The notes beneath the pieces were generated by a model. That model had not been told where the DNA came from. It worked only from the letters and a program-made list of their open reading frames with translations, and made no database searches. A program made the position numbers and the translations under genes. A stretch of 62,917 nt of DNA, counting the filler, from Pelomyxa schiedti (Eukaryota; Protista; Evosea), in NCBI GenBank assembly GCA_020536535.1. It is 12 parts of 12 records of this genome, joined end to end, with 100 filler letters (N's around TTAATTAATTAA, not from the genome) between each part and the next. Parts side by side here need not be neighbours in the genome. Positions count along the whole stretch, not along the records: positions 2,713 to 17,033 come from JAHLWZ010001172.1; positions 17,134 to 27,074 come from JAHLWZ010001282.1; 10 more parts are not named here. The stretch is one strand, 5' to 3'. Shown in pieces: positions 10,649-22,700 of the stretch (within the stretch, counting starts at the first letter, position 1; each line of letters starts with the position of its first letter).

Positions 10649-13600
10649 TCAGAGGAGAAGAGCAGCCAAGCACAGCAGCATGAGCAGCGAGGCGGCGGCG
10701 GCGCCCAGCGACGGGGCCGAGCACAGCCACAGCTTGCCGCTCCCGTCGCACTCGCCGTCTGGGTACTCGTCGACGGACCCAGTGGCCTCGTCGCAGCTCA
10801 GCGCCGACGAGTAGCTCGTGAACGTGATGGTGCCCTGCTCCTCGCCGTCGTCGGACGTGTGGGTGCACTCGAGCGACCAGCACTCGCCCTCGTCGTTGCA
10901 CACGCAGTCGCCCCCGCGGTAGAATATCACCTCGGTGATTTCCTCGAGGTTGCAGCTGTCGCTCCCTGATGACAGCAGTACGGCTCTGTTGTGGGTTCCG
11001 GTTAGTTGTTGTGTCAATTGCGAAATGAATAGGCACTCACCCTCCCTCGAAGGTGGTTCCTGCCTCGGAGATTGATGACTGGTCCAGGCAGGTCTGGTTG
11101 AGGTATATGCCTGTTTCCTCGTCCTCAAGGTTGCAGTTTCCATCCTCGGAATACCCGCAGAATCTCGTGAGTGTGCCATGTGCGTAAACCGGTCCACCGC
11201 TGCAATCTTTGTTTTTAAATGAAGAGGTAAGTTCAGTTTTGACCACGGTGATAGGTTGATATAAATATATATGTTCATTCAATTGAGTTCCGGGGACTAA
11301 CCATCATCATCGATGAGAATCTCCATGTTGAAGCTGATGAGATCGTTGAACGCGCCACAGCTGAAAATCTGATAGTAATCCGTGTTCAGCTGATTGTCGA
11401 ATGAGCTCCACTGTTCGTTGCACACAGTGGAAGCTGCTGTGGTGGGTGTAACAATGTCATAGGAGTAATAAACAGACTCGAGCGATGTTGGGCACTCTGT
11501 TCCGGCGTATGTTGCGAGCTGTGTATGCATTGATTACAACAATGCCCAGAGAGCAAAGAGGAATGAGTTATCAACACATACAGTGACTTCGGCGTTGTCG
11601 ATGCTGCAATAAGAGAGGAATGCGGAATATGTGGTGTCCATGGCCATGCAATCAAGGTTGTACCACGATGTGTATGTCGCGTTTCCTGTGCAGGTGTCGT
11701 CTGTGAACCATAGAATCTCAACGGGTCTATGCCAACGAGTGAGTGGAACAAGAAAAAGGAGAAATCCCCCATACTCGTCATTGAAGTAATCACCACCCTG
11801 TGGGTCGTCAGTGCCAATCTCGCGGCACTCAGCCTCGTAAAATGAAGAACCAAGTGTTCCGTTTGATTCCTGACAGAACGGGTTGATGTATGTCACAACC
11901 CGGTAGATCGGGTCTGTGCTTTGAGGTTATTTTCGACGTAAACATGATGGGTTGCAACAGACCTTCTTCGTCATACAAGTGCAACTTCACGACTTGCCAC
12001 ATATTGTTGGGTGCAAGGCAGAAGTAATCGGTGGTGTAATAATCTGTGTTCATTCCAGCAGCTGTCACTGTTCCGCTCGTTGAGGCTCCCGTGCAGTCCG
12101 TTGTTGAGAATGACAATGTCTGCAAACAACAATTAAAATCAAGAGTGGAAAACATTGGTAGAATACCGAAATGGAACCAGAGAATGAGGAAGTATCCCAA
12201 GAGCACGAGTGGGAATAACTCGCTGTTGCGGTCTGGTGTTGAACGCACCCTGGATTGTATCCCCATGTGCTGTCAATCGTATCATCTTCCGAGTTGATAA
12301 CATGAATAACATAGGCACTATTTGGGTGTTGGTGAGGAAGAACGAAATTTGTGGAGAGGATCAATCGTACTCATTCCATAGGCCATAAATATCGGGTTCA
12401 TCGGCAGTGCAGGAAGCAACCTGAACGACGTTGCCGGAGGCATAAGTCCAACCAATGTCATACTCAACACAGTTCTCTGACCAGAAATAGTGCATGTCAA
12501 TCACCTTGTCACCGGTCGTTTCTGTGAGACATAGTCAGCATACCCAAGGTATTTGGTGGTCCAGGGCGCGGAGCCCGTTGTTTGAGAGAAATGAAAATGC
12601 GATGCCGTAAAACGACTCGAAACATACCCACGACGGTTGGACCAGGGAAAGAATAAACGGCCTGCCACTTTGGGTTGGCGGGAGCACATTCCACAGTCAC
12701 GTAAGAGCTGCTGTCATAATCCCAGAAGCAACCGTCAGCGTACCCGCTCCACCTCGTGGCGTCGACCTCCTCCGAGAAGTAGGAGCACGAACCTCGGCAC
12801 CCGTCCAGCGTGTCTGCGTCGCAGCTGTACACCTGTTGTGTGTGTTTGTTGTTGTGGTTGTGTTACGATTTCGTAAGCGTCTTCTGGTGATAGACTCCTT
12901 TTGATGAATTGACTGAGGGGAATACCTCTACGTCGGCGTAAGAGTCGTCGGCGGAGCACGTGACGTGATAAGAGTCGGTTGTGATGTCAGAGTCGTGGCA
13001 CTCGGGTGAGTAGTAAGCCCAGTGCTTCTTGGGTGTTGTGCATGTAGAGTCTGAGAACTGTGTCACGGTGATCGCCCTGTGGTTGGTTTCAACGAAAAGT
13101 AAGTAACGTGGGCTACAGAGAAAAAAACAGGGATCACATGTCAATGTCGATTGTGAGTGTGTCGATTGAAGCTTGGCATGTGTAGTCGAACGCGAAGTTG
13201 GATGACGTTGGTTCAACCTCGGTGCAATAGTCTGTGTAAAACACCTCGACTGAAATAAGCTCCGCTGTGAAAAATGTGAGGAACTTGGGAAACAACTATC
13301 CAAACTCATACTCTTTGCGGCGTCAGTGTATGTCTTCATGATTTGATAAGCTGGGTTGGGTGGATCACAGTGAAGCTCAGAGTAGCTGTAGTCTGTGTAG
13401 GCCCCGGCTAGACAGTAGTCCATTTTCATTCCACTGGAGGAAGAGTAATCAATGTAGTAATAAGTTCCTCCAGTGCAATTGGCATCACCGTTGGACCAGA
13501 ACTGTTCTTTTTGATTAATGCGAAATACATGGCTTTCCAAAGTGGAGAAAACGCACCCTCAAATCAGATGAGGTGGCAGTTGATGAGCAACCAAAGTGCG

Positions 13601-15372
13601 AGTATCCTTTCGACGAGTCTTGATCGGCAACGCAATCTCGAGTCATTGCCCTTCTGAACAACCAGTCATTGCCTTCGCTGCACGACGAAGCCTCCGTTCC
13701 GAAGTACAACTCCAAAATAGCACTGAGGCATATCGTTAGTGCGCGTTTGAACTCGCTGAAGTGTGTAACACACTCATCCCAGTAGTCAAATGGATCAGGG
13801 AGATTCTCGGCGTCTGTGCAGAACCAGTTTGCGAAGGACAATCCGCCATCGTCCGTCTGTGTAAGACAGTGCTCAGTGTAGAACTGCTCAATCATGATCT
13901 TGGTTGCTGTGTGGAAAAAAATCAGTTCCAATTGCACACTCATGAATGAATAAGGTATTCAAGTCTGAACCTGATGTGTTTACACCGGCAAAGTACTCGA
14001 TCGTCTGGTACGCCTTGTTAAAACTCCGCTCTTGGGACAGTGAGTAAAAAATTCCATCGTATGATGTGGTCTGGTAACAGCCTGGAACTACTTCGTCACC
14101 ACCTTTGTAAATGTATTTATCCCACGTGTAGCCGCTTGTACAATCAGCAGCGTAATTAAAGAGTTCAAACTGGCGATTGAGATGAAAGGAGGGAAAAATG
14201 AAAAATGTAACTTACCTTCAAGTAGGAACCGGTATCAACAATCTTAATGGAAGTACTGGCAGAAGTTGCCATGCAAGTTGAGGCCCACACTTCAGTGGTG
14301 GTCACCTCATCACTGCTGCAGAAGTTATCATTGTGAGAGAAATATCTCAGCACAAATGGTCTGGAAAATCTCCTGTCAGAGAACACAATCAAAAGAAGTG
14401 AGGAGCGCACGGGTTGGTGGTGTCAGGAATGAGAGTCCAGGGGTCGGGCTCTGCTGTCACACATGACCAGGTCTCCATCCAATCGGGGCCAGCAACGCAG
14501 TCATATGAGTTGCAATCATCAGTGTAATAGTACTCGTACCCAAGGATCGCTGTGGTTCCATCACATGCTCCAACTGTTGCGATGTTATCCGTGGTAGGTG
14601 AATGAGGAATGCACTCCGCGCAAGCACACACCATCAGTTGAAATTGCATGGTAAGTGATGAGCTGATAGTCCGCTGTTGGAGTGGCAGCGGCTTCACAAT
14701 CCAGAGAAAAGTAGCCGCTTCCCGAGGAGTAGAAGCACTCGCCGTGGCGATACCCGTAGTAAGGAGTGATCATATCATATTCATAGCCTGCGGCGCATGT
14801 AGAGTCGTCGTAGTTGGCCGTTTTCTGGAACGAGTCAGAGAAGAAGGAGAAAAGGAAGGAATTTACATAGAGTTCAGCTATTGCTTTGTTGCATGTCCAG
14901 CCACGGTAGGATGTCATATAAGTAGAGAACACACAAGATTCCTTGGCAACTACAAAATGAGTCACGTCTTTTCCGTTGCACTCATCTGACCACTGAGTGT
15001 AGGCATAATAACTTGAACAAAGTAAGCCGAAGGAAGAAGAATCCCCATACATACGGATCATCAAAGTAGGAATCGATTGCCGGCATAACGTCGTGGCACA
15101 CAGTCTTGTAATTATAGTCATATCCCCAAGAGCAAATAGTGTCTTCGGTGCAGCTTGAAGTCAGTTCCACGTCCACGTAGATCACGTTGTTGCATGCAGT
15201 CGAGTCTGAGAGGGTGAGAGTGATGAGGTACAAATGCAAAAAAAAAAACGGAAACCAGAACAGATAATCGGAGAAAACTACCAGTCATTTCGTAGTAGGT
15301 GACTTCTGTCCATACGGCTGACGTTGTGCTGAGGAACGCACAGAAAAGGGATACCAGAAATGTGCACCTCAT
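10649..15372 (-). CDS. Large multi-exon Cys/Tyr/Ser/Thr/Asp-rich secreted protein with signal peptide and GPI-type C-terminus
   Basis: N-terminus MRCTFLVSLFCAFLSTTSA (signal-like); many exons with repeated Y/F-x-x-x-x-C units; C-terminus SAPSLGAAAASLLMLLCLAALLL* is hydrophobic with no cytoplasmic tail. Continuity of every exon was not checked. Confidence 0.7.
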
Positions 15373-15668
15373 CCTTGTGTGATTGTTTTCGTGGTGGTTT
15401 TTGGAGCTTGTTCGTGGCTTTTTAAATCTGATAATTGCACATTTGCATTAGCTGAAAGGGACACAGAGATGTGAATGAATCTGACACTCAGTTTATCACT
15501 GTGAAAGAAACACGTTTCAATGTGCAAGCACTTTTTTTTGGGACCCCTCACTATTTGTTTTTTCTTTATCCCACGAGTTTTGATTGTCCTACGTTGCCAT
15601 CAGAAGCTTGGGATGGTTCGACAGCATACAAGAGGCTTTTTTTTTCCCCTCTTTCCAGTGTCGTAGAT

Positions 15669-15868
15669 CTGGCACCGTCGCTGTTGCTTGGGCAGTACTC
15701 CCTGATTAACAAGGGAGCAGGGCCGGCACGTCGCCGCTCACAGTGCGATGGGCGTCGTGGTTACACAAAGGAGAAAAAAATAGGATTCCTTCTGCTAAGA
15801 GATGGTGCCAGTCCCAGAGGTGTACTCACTCCCTTGGGACGAACTTCTATATTAGCGTCATAGAAGTG
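15669..15868 (+). ncRNA. Candidate structured RNA (cluster of hairpins)
   Basis: ctggcaccgtc/gatggtgccag 11-bp stem encloses ctccc/gggag and aagga/tcctt; followed by gtccca/tgggac and acttctat/atagaagt. No family recognised. Confidence 0.3.
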
Positions 15869-16049
15869 ATGGTCATTGTTAGGTGTCGGTCTTCTGTGAC
15901 AGTGTTGTTGCCTCCTACATATTCAGCCCAGCATAGCTCCTGCTAACTCTCGTCTAATCTAACTTCTAAATTCGATCTCTTACTAGAAGACTATTTCCTG
16001 AAAGCTGGGGAGATTTTTATACAACGAAATTCAGGTTGGTTCCTGAAAC

Positions 16050-17000
16050 TCACAGAAGCAACAACCAAGAAGCCACAAGAAGCAACACCAACAAAGACGC
16101 AATCGATGCCGGAGACGGGGCAGAACACAGCCACCTCATGGTGACTCCCTCTCTGACGAAGCACTCTTGCTCCGGCATCTCCTCTGGTACGGTTGTGCTG
16201 TCACACTTTCCATCAGCAGTTTCGAAGCTGGTGAAAGTGACTGTTCCTGGCTCCTCGTCGGTTGTGTGGGTGCACTCGAGCGACCAGCACTCGCCCTCGT
16301 TGTCGCACACGCAGTCGCCCCCGCGGTAGAAGCTCATCACAGTGATTTCCTCGAGGTTGCAGGTGTCACTCTGTGAGACAAACAGAACGGCTCTGTGTTG
16401 TGTGTGTTTTGTTTTTTGCGTCAGGCATCTCATATGGGGCATAGAGAGGAATTTGGAGAGAGGAATGAATGATGGATAACACTCACCCTCCTTCCAAGGC
16501 GGTTTCTGCTTCGGAGACTGATGATTGGTCAAGGCAGGTTGTGTTCTCGTATGTGCCTGTTTCCTCATCCAGTATGTCGCATGTACCATCCTCTGGATAC
16601 TCGCAGAACCTTGTGAGTGTTGCGTATCCCCAAAGGGGAATTCCACTGCAATCTGTGTTGTTGGTTTCCAGAGTCAGATCATACATACATACATTTTGGA
16701 TGTATTTTATTGGATAAGATTGCGTGAGGGGGAGGGAGGCGAGAAAAAACTAACCATCAGAATCGATGAGAAGTTGCGCGTTGTATTTGATGAGATCGTT
16801 GAAGGCACCGCAGCTGGAGAGCTGATAATAACCGGTCGTGAATGTGTCTCCAAAGGAATACCAGGCCGAGTTGCACTCGGTGGACGGAGTGCCAGTTGGT
16901 GACACAATGTCGTAGTAGCTGTAAATTGATTCCAGAGAAGACGGGCATTCGGTGCCAATGTAGAACGCCAGCTGTATGTTTATTGTTACGGTTGGAAATG
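16050..17000 (-). CDS. 3' part of a tandem paralog of the 10649-15372 surface protein (5' end lost at linker)
   Basis: Exon-for-exon similarity (GTECPSSLESIYSYYDIV, CGAFNDLI, TRFCEYPEDGTC, FYRGGDCVCDNEGECWSLECTHT) and hydrophobic C-terminus ASIASLLVLLLVASWLLLL*. Confidence 0.85.
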
Positions 17001-17133
17001 GAACGAACACGAGAGAGGGGGGGGGGGGGGGGGNNNNNNNNNNNNNNNNNNNNNNNNNNNNNNNNNNNNNNNNNNNNTTAATTAATTAANNNNNNNNNNN
17101 NNNNNNNNNNNNNNNNNNNNNNNNNNNNNNNNN

Positions 17134-17426
17134 AGGCTGCGGCGCCGCAGGCAGGAGGGCCCGCGCGGGGCGCACTCGACCTCGAGGACGAAGCGCGTGA
17201 GGGTGGGGGCCACCCACTCGTGCCACAGGGCGCGGACCAGCGCGGCGGCTTGGTCGCGGCCCATGACGCGGAACAGGGCGCTGCCGGCGCCGCACCGCGC
17301 GATCGCGGCCCCCGCGGCGAGGGCGCCGAGCTGCCCGCGCGTCGTCGTAGGCTCCTCGCCGCTGGTGTCTGGGGAAATGTCGAAGTAAGTGTCGGAGGTG
17401 ACGCCGGTTACGTTCCACGTTGCCAT
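17134..17426 (-). CDS. 5' fragment of an expanded-family member (truncated)
   Basis: RGQLGALAAGAAIARCGAGSALFR...LVRALWHEWV matches the family N-terminal motif. Confidence 0.65.
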
Positions 17427-17613
17427 TCGGTTTTCCAAGGAAACGCCCCAGAAAGTGATGTGTTTCTTAAGGGGGTTCCACCTGTTGACAATCCCACATG
17501 CCCACCCACGATTGCGCCAGCTCCTCCTACACCCACCATTTTGGAGAGGGATTCAGCAAGAGGGGGAGACCGACCTACCAATCAAAAAAGTTGTGATTGT
17601 CGTTGGGTGCACC

Positions 17614-19536
17614 ATGATGTCAGGGTCAGGCAGCGGGGCCGACGAAACGGTGTCGGGAGGGGCATCGTCATGCACCAGCACTAGCAGTAGCAGTAGCACT
17701 AGCAGTGCGCCCACCACCACGACGACCACGGCGGCGGCATCGTCCTCGGCCGCGGGGGTGGGGGAGTACGACGAGGGGCGGGTGAGGGAGGCGACCAAGG
17801 AGGCGGAGGGGGCGCTGGGGCGGGGGGAGTACGAGGCCGCTGCGGAGATACTGGCGGGGGTCTGCGAGGCAAAGTAAGTCCGTCCCCGCGCCACGCCACC
17901 CCCCCCGTCATTGTTCCCCCCCCATCTTTGCGACTTGCTTGGGTTTTTTGTTTTTTTAATTTGAACAACAGCAGTGTTGTATCATTTATTTATTTATTAT
18001 TTTTTATTGTTGATTCTTTTTTTTTTACTTATACACTAGGACTATAATACATATTATTGTTCTTTTTCATCCCACCTTTTGGCAGACAGAAAAAATTTGG
18101 AGAACTTTCCCCGGAGCTAGTGGACTGTTTTGTTTTATATGGCCGGGCTATGTTGGGGCGAGTGAAAGAGTTACCATGCTCCTCGTTACTTGACGTAAAA
18201 CCTGGAGCCAAGCAGGCTCAAAAAAAGGGAAAAGAAAACGATAGCAGTGAGGAAGAGGGAGGTGATGACAACGAAACCACAAGATTGGAAAAGACTGTGG
18301 TGAGCGACTCTGATGACAGCAACAGCGATGGTTTTCTATCTTTGCCATTTTCCTTCCTTACTTACCTTACTTCAGAAGAAGGTGGTCTTAGCAGCGCCGC
18401 AAAGGTATCAGTCAAAGCGGCTTGGGAGGTGCTTGAAGTTGCTCGTGTGATTGCTGAACGTCATTTTGCTAATACCGCGAAACTTGCGGACATACATATC
18501 TCCATTGGCGATGTATGCCTCGAGTCAGGTGCGCTGAAAATTAACGTACCGCGATTTTTCACCACTTCATATAGATATGACAGATCAAGCCCATGAAGAG
18601 TACTCTAAAAGTTTGGAGTTGAGGACAAAACTTCAGGCTGATGATCATCGGTCCATGTCGGAAGTGTAAGAGCTTCACATACTGTCTTTCGTTGACCAAC
18701 AAAGAAACTAGACACTTCCTTCTCGGAACTGCATGTGCTATGAGTAAATCGCACACAACGAAGGAAGCCATTCAGCACTACTCTACTGCTAGGGAACACC
18801 TTCAGATTGCACGTGAAGCGGCTCTTAAAAAGTCAGATCTCAAGACAGTTCAGGATTTAGATACTTTTATTGATGACATTGACAACAGGGTTCGCCATTT
18901 AACACCTTATCAAATTCTTATGTTCCCAAACAGATTAAAGACTTGCAGACCTCAGTGATGGACCTAGTAAAAAGTACCATTGCCCAAATGTTGCCCCTCC
19001 CGCCGGAGCCGGATTTCCCGCCAACGACCTCCTCCAGCGTTACCACAATAACCGCAACATCAATAACAACTTCTCCCGCAAAACCCACATTGCCAACGCC
19101 AACACCAACACCGGCCCCGGCAAATGGAATTCCCACAACACCAACCCATGGAATTCCTCCAACCCAATCACCATCACACACCAACGCAAACACCAACACA
19201 CCACAAGAACAACAAAACACCACCAGCTCCCCCGGACAAGCCACAACGCCAGCCGCAGCTGCAGCTGCAGCCCCGGCATCACCATCAAGTCCCCCAGTCA
19301 AGATAGTGAAGGACTTTGGTGTTGTGGGCAGGAGAACAAGAAGAGGAGGTTCCACGGCTGCCTCCACAACCCCACAACGCCCCCCTCCTCACTCAGCAAC
19401 ATCATCATCAGCAGCTGCAAGCTCCATAGAATCATCACCTGAATCCTCACTCCTTGGCAAAAGGCCTCACACTGATACTCTCACATCGTCGCCACAACAA
19501 CCCACTGCTCCACAACAAAAAGCACACAAACACTAG
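17614..19536 (+). CDS. NASP/Hif1/Sim3-like histone chaperone (SHNi-TPR), spliced
   Basis: GEYEAAAEILAGVCE..KKFGELSPELVDCFVLYGRAML, acidic insertion, AAWEVLEVARVI..LADIHISIGDVCLES..HEEYSKSLELR..RSMSEVHFLLGTAC, and basic C-terminal GKRP/KAHKH. Confidence 0.85.
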
Positions 19537-19779
19537 TGGTACATAGCCAGCATCAGTACCAAACAAATAACAAATTCAGATTCGCAACAGATCGTCTTTT
19601 ACCGTAACGTCCCTTCCGCGCAACCAAAAATTAAAACAAAGAAAAATAAGAGAAAAACGCTCGAGGCGAGCCACAACAAGCAACAAGGGAAAATTAAAAA
19701 CAACAGCGAAGAGGTAGTCGAAAAAATTGGAATATTTGCCAACTACTGTTAGCCCAAAACAGGTCTCCAACAATCCCCA

Positions 19780-22700
19780 ATGTCGATGTTGAAGCTGTCC
19801 AGTAATTCCTCGGGACTCTTCAAGTCCCTTTCGCGGTTGGCGACGCAACCAAACCTTGGTTGGCTCTTTTCCCCTTTTTTTCCCCTTTTTTTCCCCCCTT
19901 TTTTCCTTTTTCTCCCTTTTTTTTTTCTTTCCCCAGCTACTTGCTTTTGAGGTTTCACATTTTTATTATCTAAATAACAACAGCGTTTGATAAGGAGTAC
20001 CTTGTTGCATCAAGGCTTGTACTGGAAGCACTGGCCATCAGAAAGAAATATGCAGTGGCTGGCGGTTTCGATTCACCTTCACCTTCCGACTCTACTGCTG
20101 CTGTGGCTACAACCACTGCAACCTCAGGTTCAACAGGGACTCCGCCTGAACGAACATACTCTTTTGCGGATGTGGAGGGTGTCGTTCAGGCGTTTTACTC
20201 TACACCTGGTTCCTCCGCTAAAAGTGAGTCACATGTCGCCGTCTTACCACTCTTCTAAGTTTCTAAACAGCTCCTCTTTCTGCTATCCCCACCTTTGTTG
20301 ACTACATGCGAGATTTTGATCGCATTATGGAGGTTACTATCCTTCTCCACAGTAAAACCTAATTTCAATAAAGATAACTAGCAAAGGGGAAGTTGTTTCA
20401 TTTTGCAGTGCTCGGCTACAGGTTTAATGATTTATAATATCTAAATTGTTTCACACCTATCTAGATACTGGAGTACCAATTCAGATTCCACAAATTACTA
20501 AACTCACTCCTTGAATTACAGGATAAAAAAGTGAGTATGATGTAGAATGTATAACTTCTCATATCAATTGAACAGGTTAACGGGCAAGATTTCATGTCAA
20601 CACCCAAAGTGGACACACGTGCGTCCAACAATCAATAATAGTCAGAACATAACACTCAATGTAGATGTTCACCTTGCTGCTGCTATGACTGAAAAGCAGA
20701 TGCTTGAATTTATCAAAGAAAAGCTGAAATCACCCGTAAGAGTGCATTTGCTGTTATCTTTATAATTCCAAAAGGAAGTGGTCATTGTAAAAAATGGCAC
20801 ACCTATGAAACTGGCTGAAGTTTTTCAGCATCTTAATATAGACACCGCAAAGTTAAATGTGCACAGTCTAGATGTTCGTGCTGGCTCCAAGACATTCCAT
20901 CGATTTGATAAATTTAATGAGTGTTACAATCTCTTTGGTGATTCGTATGTGAGCCCTGAAGAGGGACTTTTTTTTTGACCTCTTTTTAAATAGTGACTTG
21001 CGTACCATCTTTTTGAAGACTGCAAACCAAATTTCTGGAAAATACTTCGCGGAGATTACTCACCAAGTGCAGCAGAGCCCTCCTATTCCTTTTTAATGCT
21101 CCAACAGGTTTTCAACAGACTACAGGAAACAAATACCAAAGCCGAGTTCCGTATGTCGATTTATGGAAGGTATTTTTCTCTATTATCCTTTTCTTATGTT
21201 TTTAACCTGTTTCCATTCTTCAAAGATCCCCAAAGGAGTGGGACGAACTTGGTAATTTTGTATTTTGTTGTTTGATTTTGCTAATTCAATTTTTCAGCTT
21301 TGTGGGTGAAGACATTTAATCTCCATTCCCCCTGTAACAGGTGGATGATACAAATTCCCAGACTGTTTAACCAGTTCTGTGGAAAGGGTATCACCAGTTT
21401 TTCGCAGTACATGGACAGTATGTTCCCTTCTACACATTTTGTCTTATGATTTTTCAGATATTTTTCTACCCTTGTTCGAGGTTACAGCCAATCCCAGCTC
21501 ACATCCTCTCTTGGAAGAACTGTTACAGGATATCAGTGGTATCTGTTTATTTTTATTTTCCTCCATCCACGCTTACCTCGAGACTTATAGGATTTGATTC
21601 AGTTGACGATGAAAGTAAACCAGATGGCAGAATTGAGTATATTTGCAATAATGTTATTCAGTATTCCTTATCGTTCTTCATGTAGGTTTTCGTCACCATC
21701 AACCTGGAATACCCCTGTAAATCCACCATATTTGTACTACATGTACTACATGTACGCCAACATTGCTAGTCTCAATGCCTTCCGGGCTGCTAAAGGCCTT
21801 AGTGCGCTTTTTCTTTATTCAACCTCATCTTACAGCCTCAAGGCATATTCGACTATCGACCACATTCGGGAGAGAGTGGAAGTGAAAAACATCTTTCTGC
21901 AACATATTTGACAGCCAAGCACATAAACCACGGCATCAATCTCGCTGCTAATACCTCTCTACAATATCTGTGAGCCCTCCACTTCCAACGAACGAAACTC
22001 ATTCTTGTGTATACCAGGTACTACCTCACGCAGATTGGATTGGCAGTCTCTCCGTTGAGTAATAATTCGTTATTCCTCAACTATTCCGAAAATCCTTTCC
22101 CGGTCTTTTTCAAGAGGGGTCTAAATGTATGTTTGCTGGGATATCAGCACTTCTAACTGCCAAAAGGTTTCATTGTCTACGGACGATCCACTTCAGGTTT
22201 TCCTTCGTTACAGCTCAAATCTGAATTTACTTTCTGTAGTTCCACTCGACACAATCTCCTCTTATTGAAGAGTACGCCGTTGCTTCCAGGGTATGTTAAA
22301 ATCCTTTTTTGCCAGTCAACTGTCTTACTGTCGTCGGAAAACCTAGCGCTGGCGCTTTAATGACATTGACATGGACGGTATAGCAAACGAAAAGTCACCA
22401 ATATCAACTAATCTTCCCTAGAAATTGCACGGAACAGTGTCATTCAAAGTGGCTTCCCTCAATCCGTCAAAGAAGCTTGGCTTAAGTCCTTCCGGAAACC
22501 AACTTCCACAAGTAGGGAAACAAGATGTTTCGTAGATTAACTTCTTGCAGAACCATCCATGAGACTCTCGTTCCGGCAGTTGCTTATGGATGATGAAATT
22601 GCGATGATCAAGACTCTCTCGACCTGGACAGGTCCATCACCTCCAGTCATTAGGGGATCAATCAAAGCTCCCAGAAAAGATCTTGGTAACACAGAGTGAA

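Noticed and set aside
15600-15935. RNase P, SRP or rRNA identity for the hairpin cluster
   Set aside because: Only vague resemblance to CR-I/CR-V or helix-8 motifs; the required pairings are not convincing.
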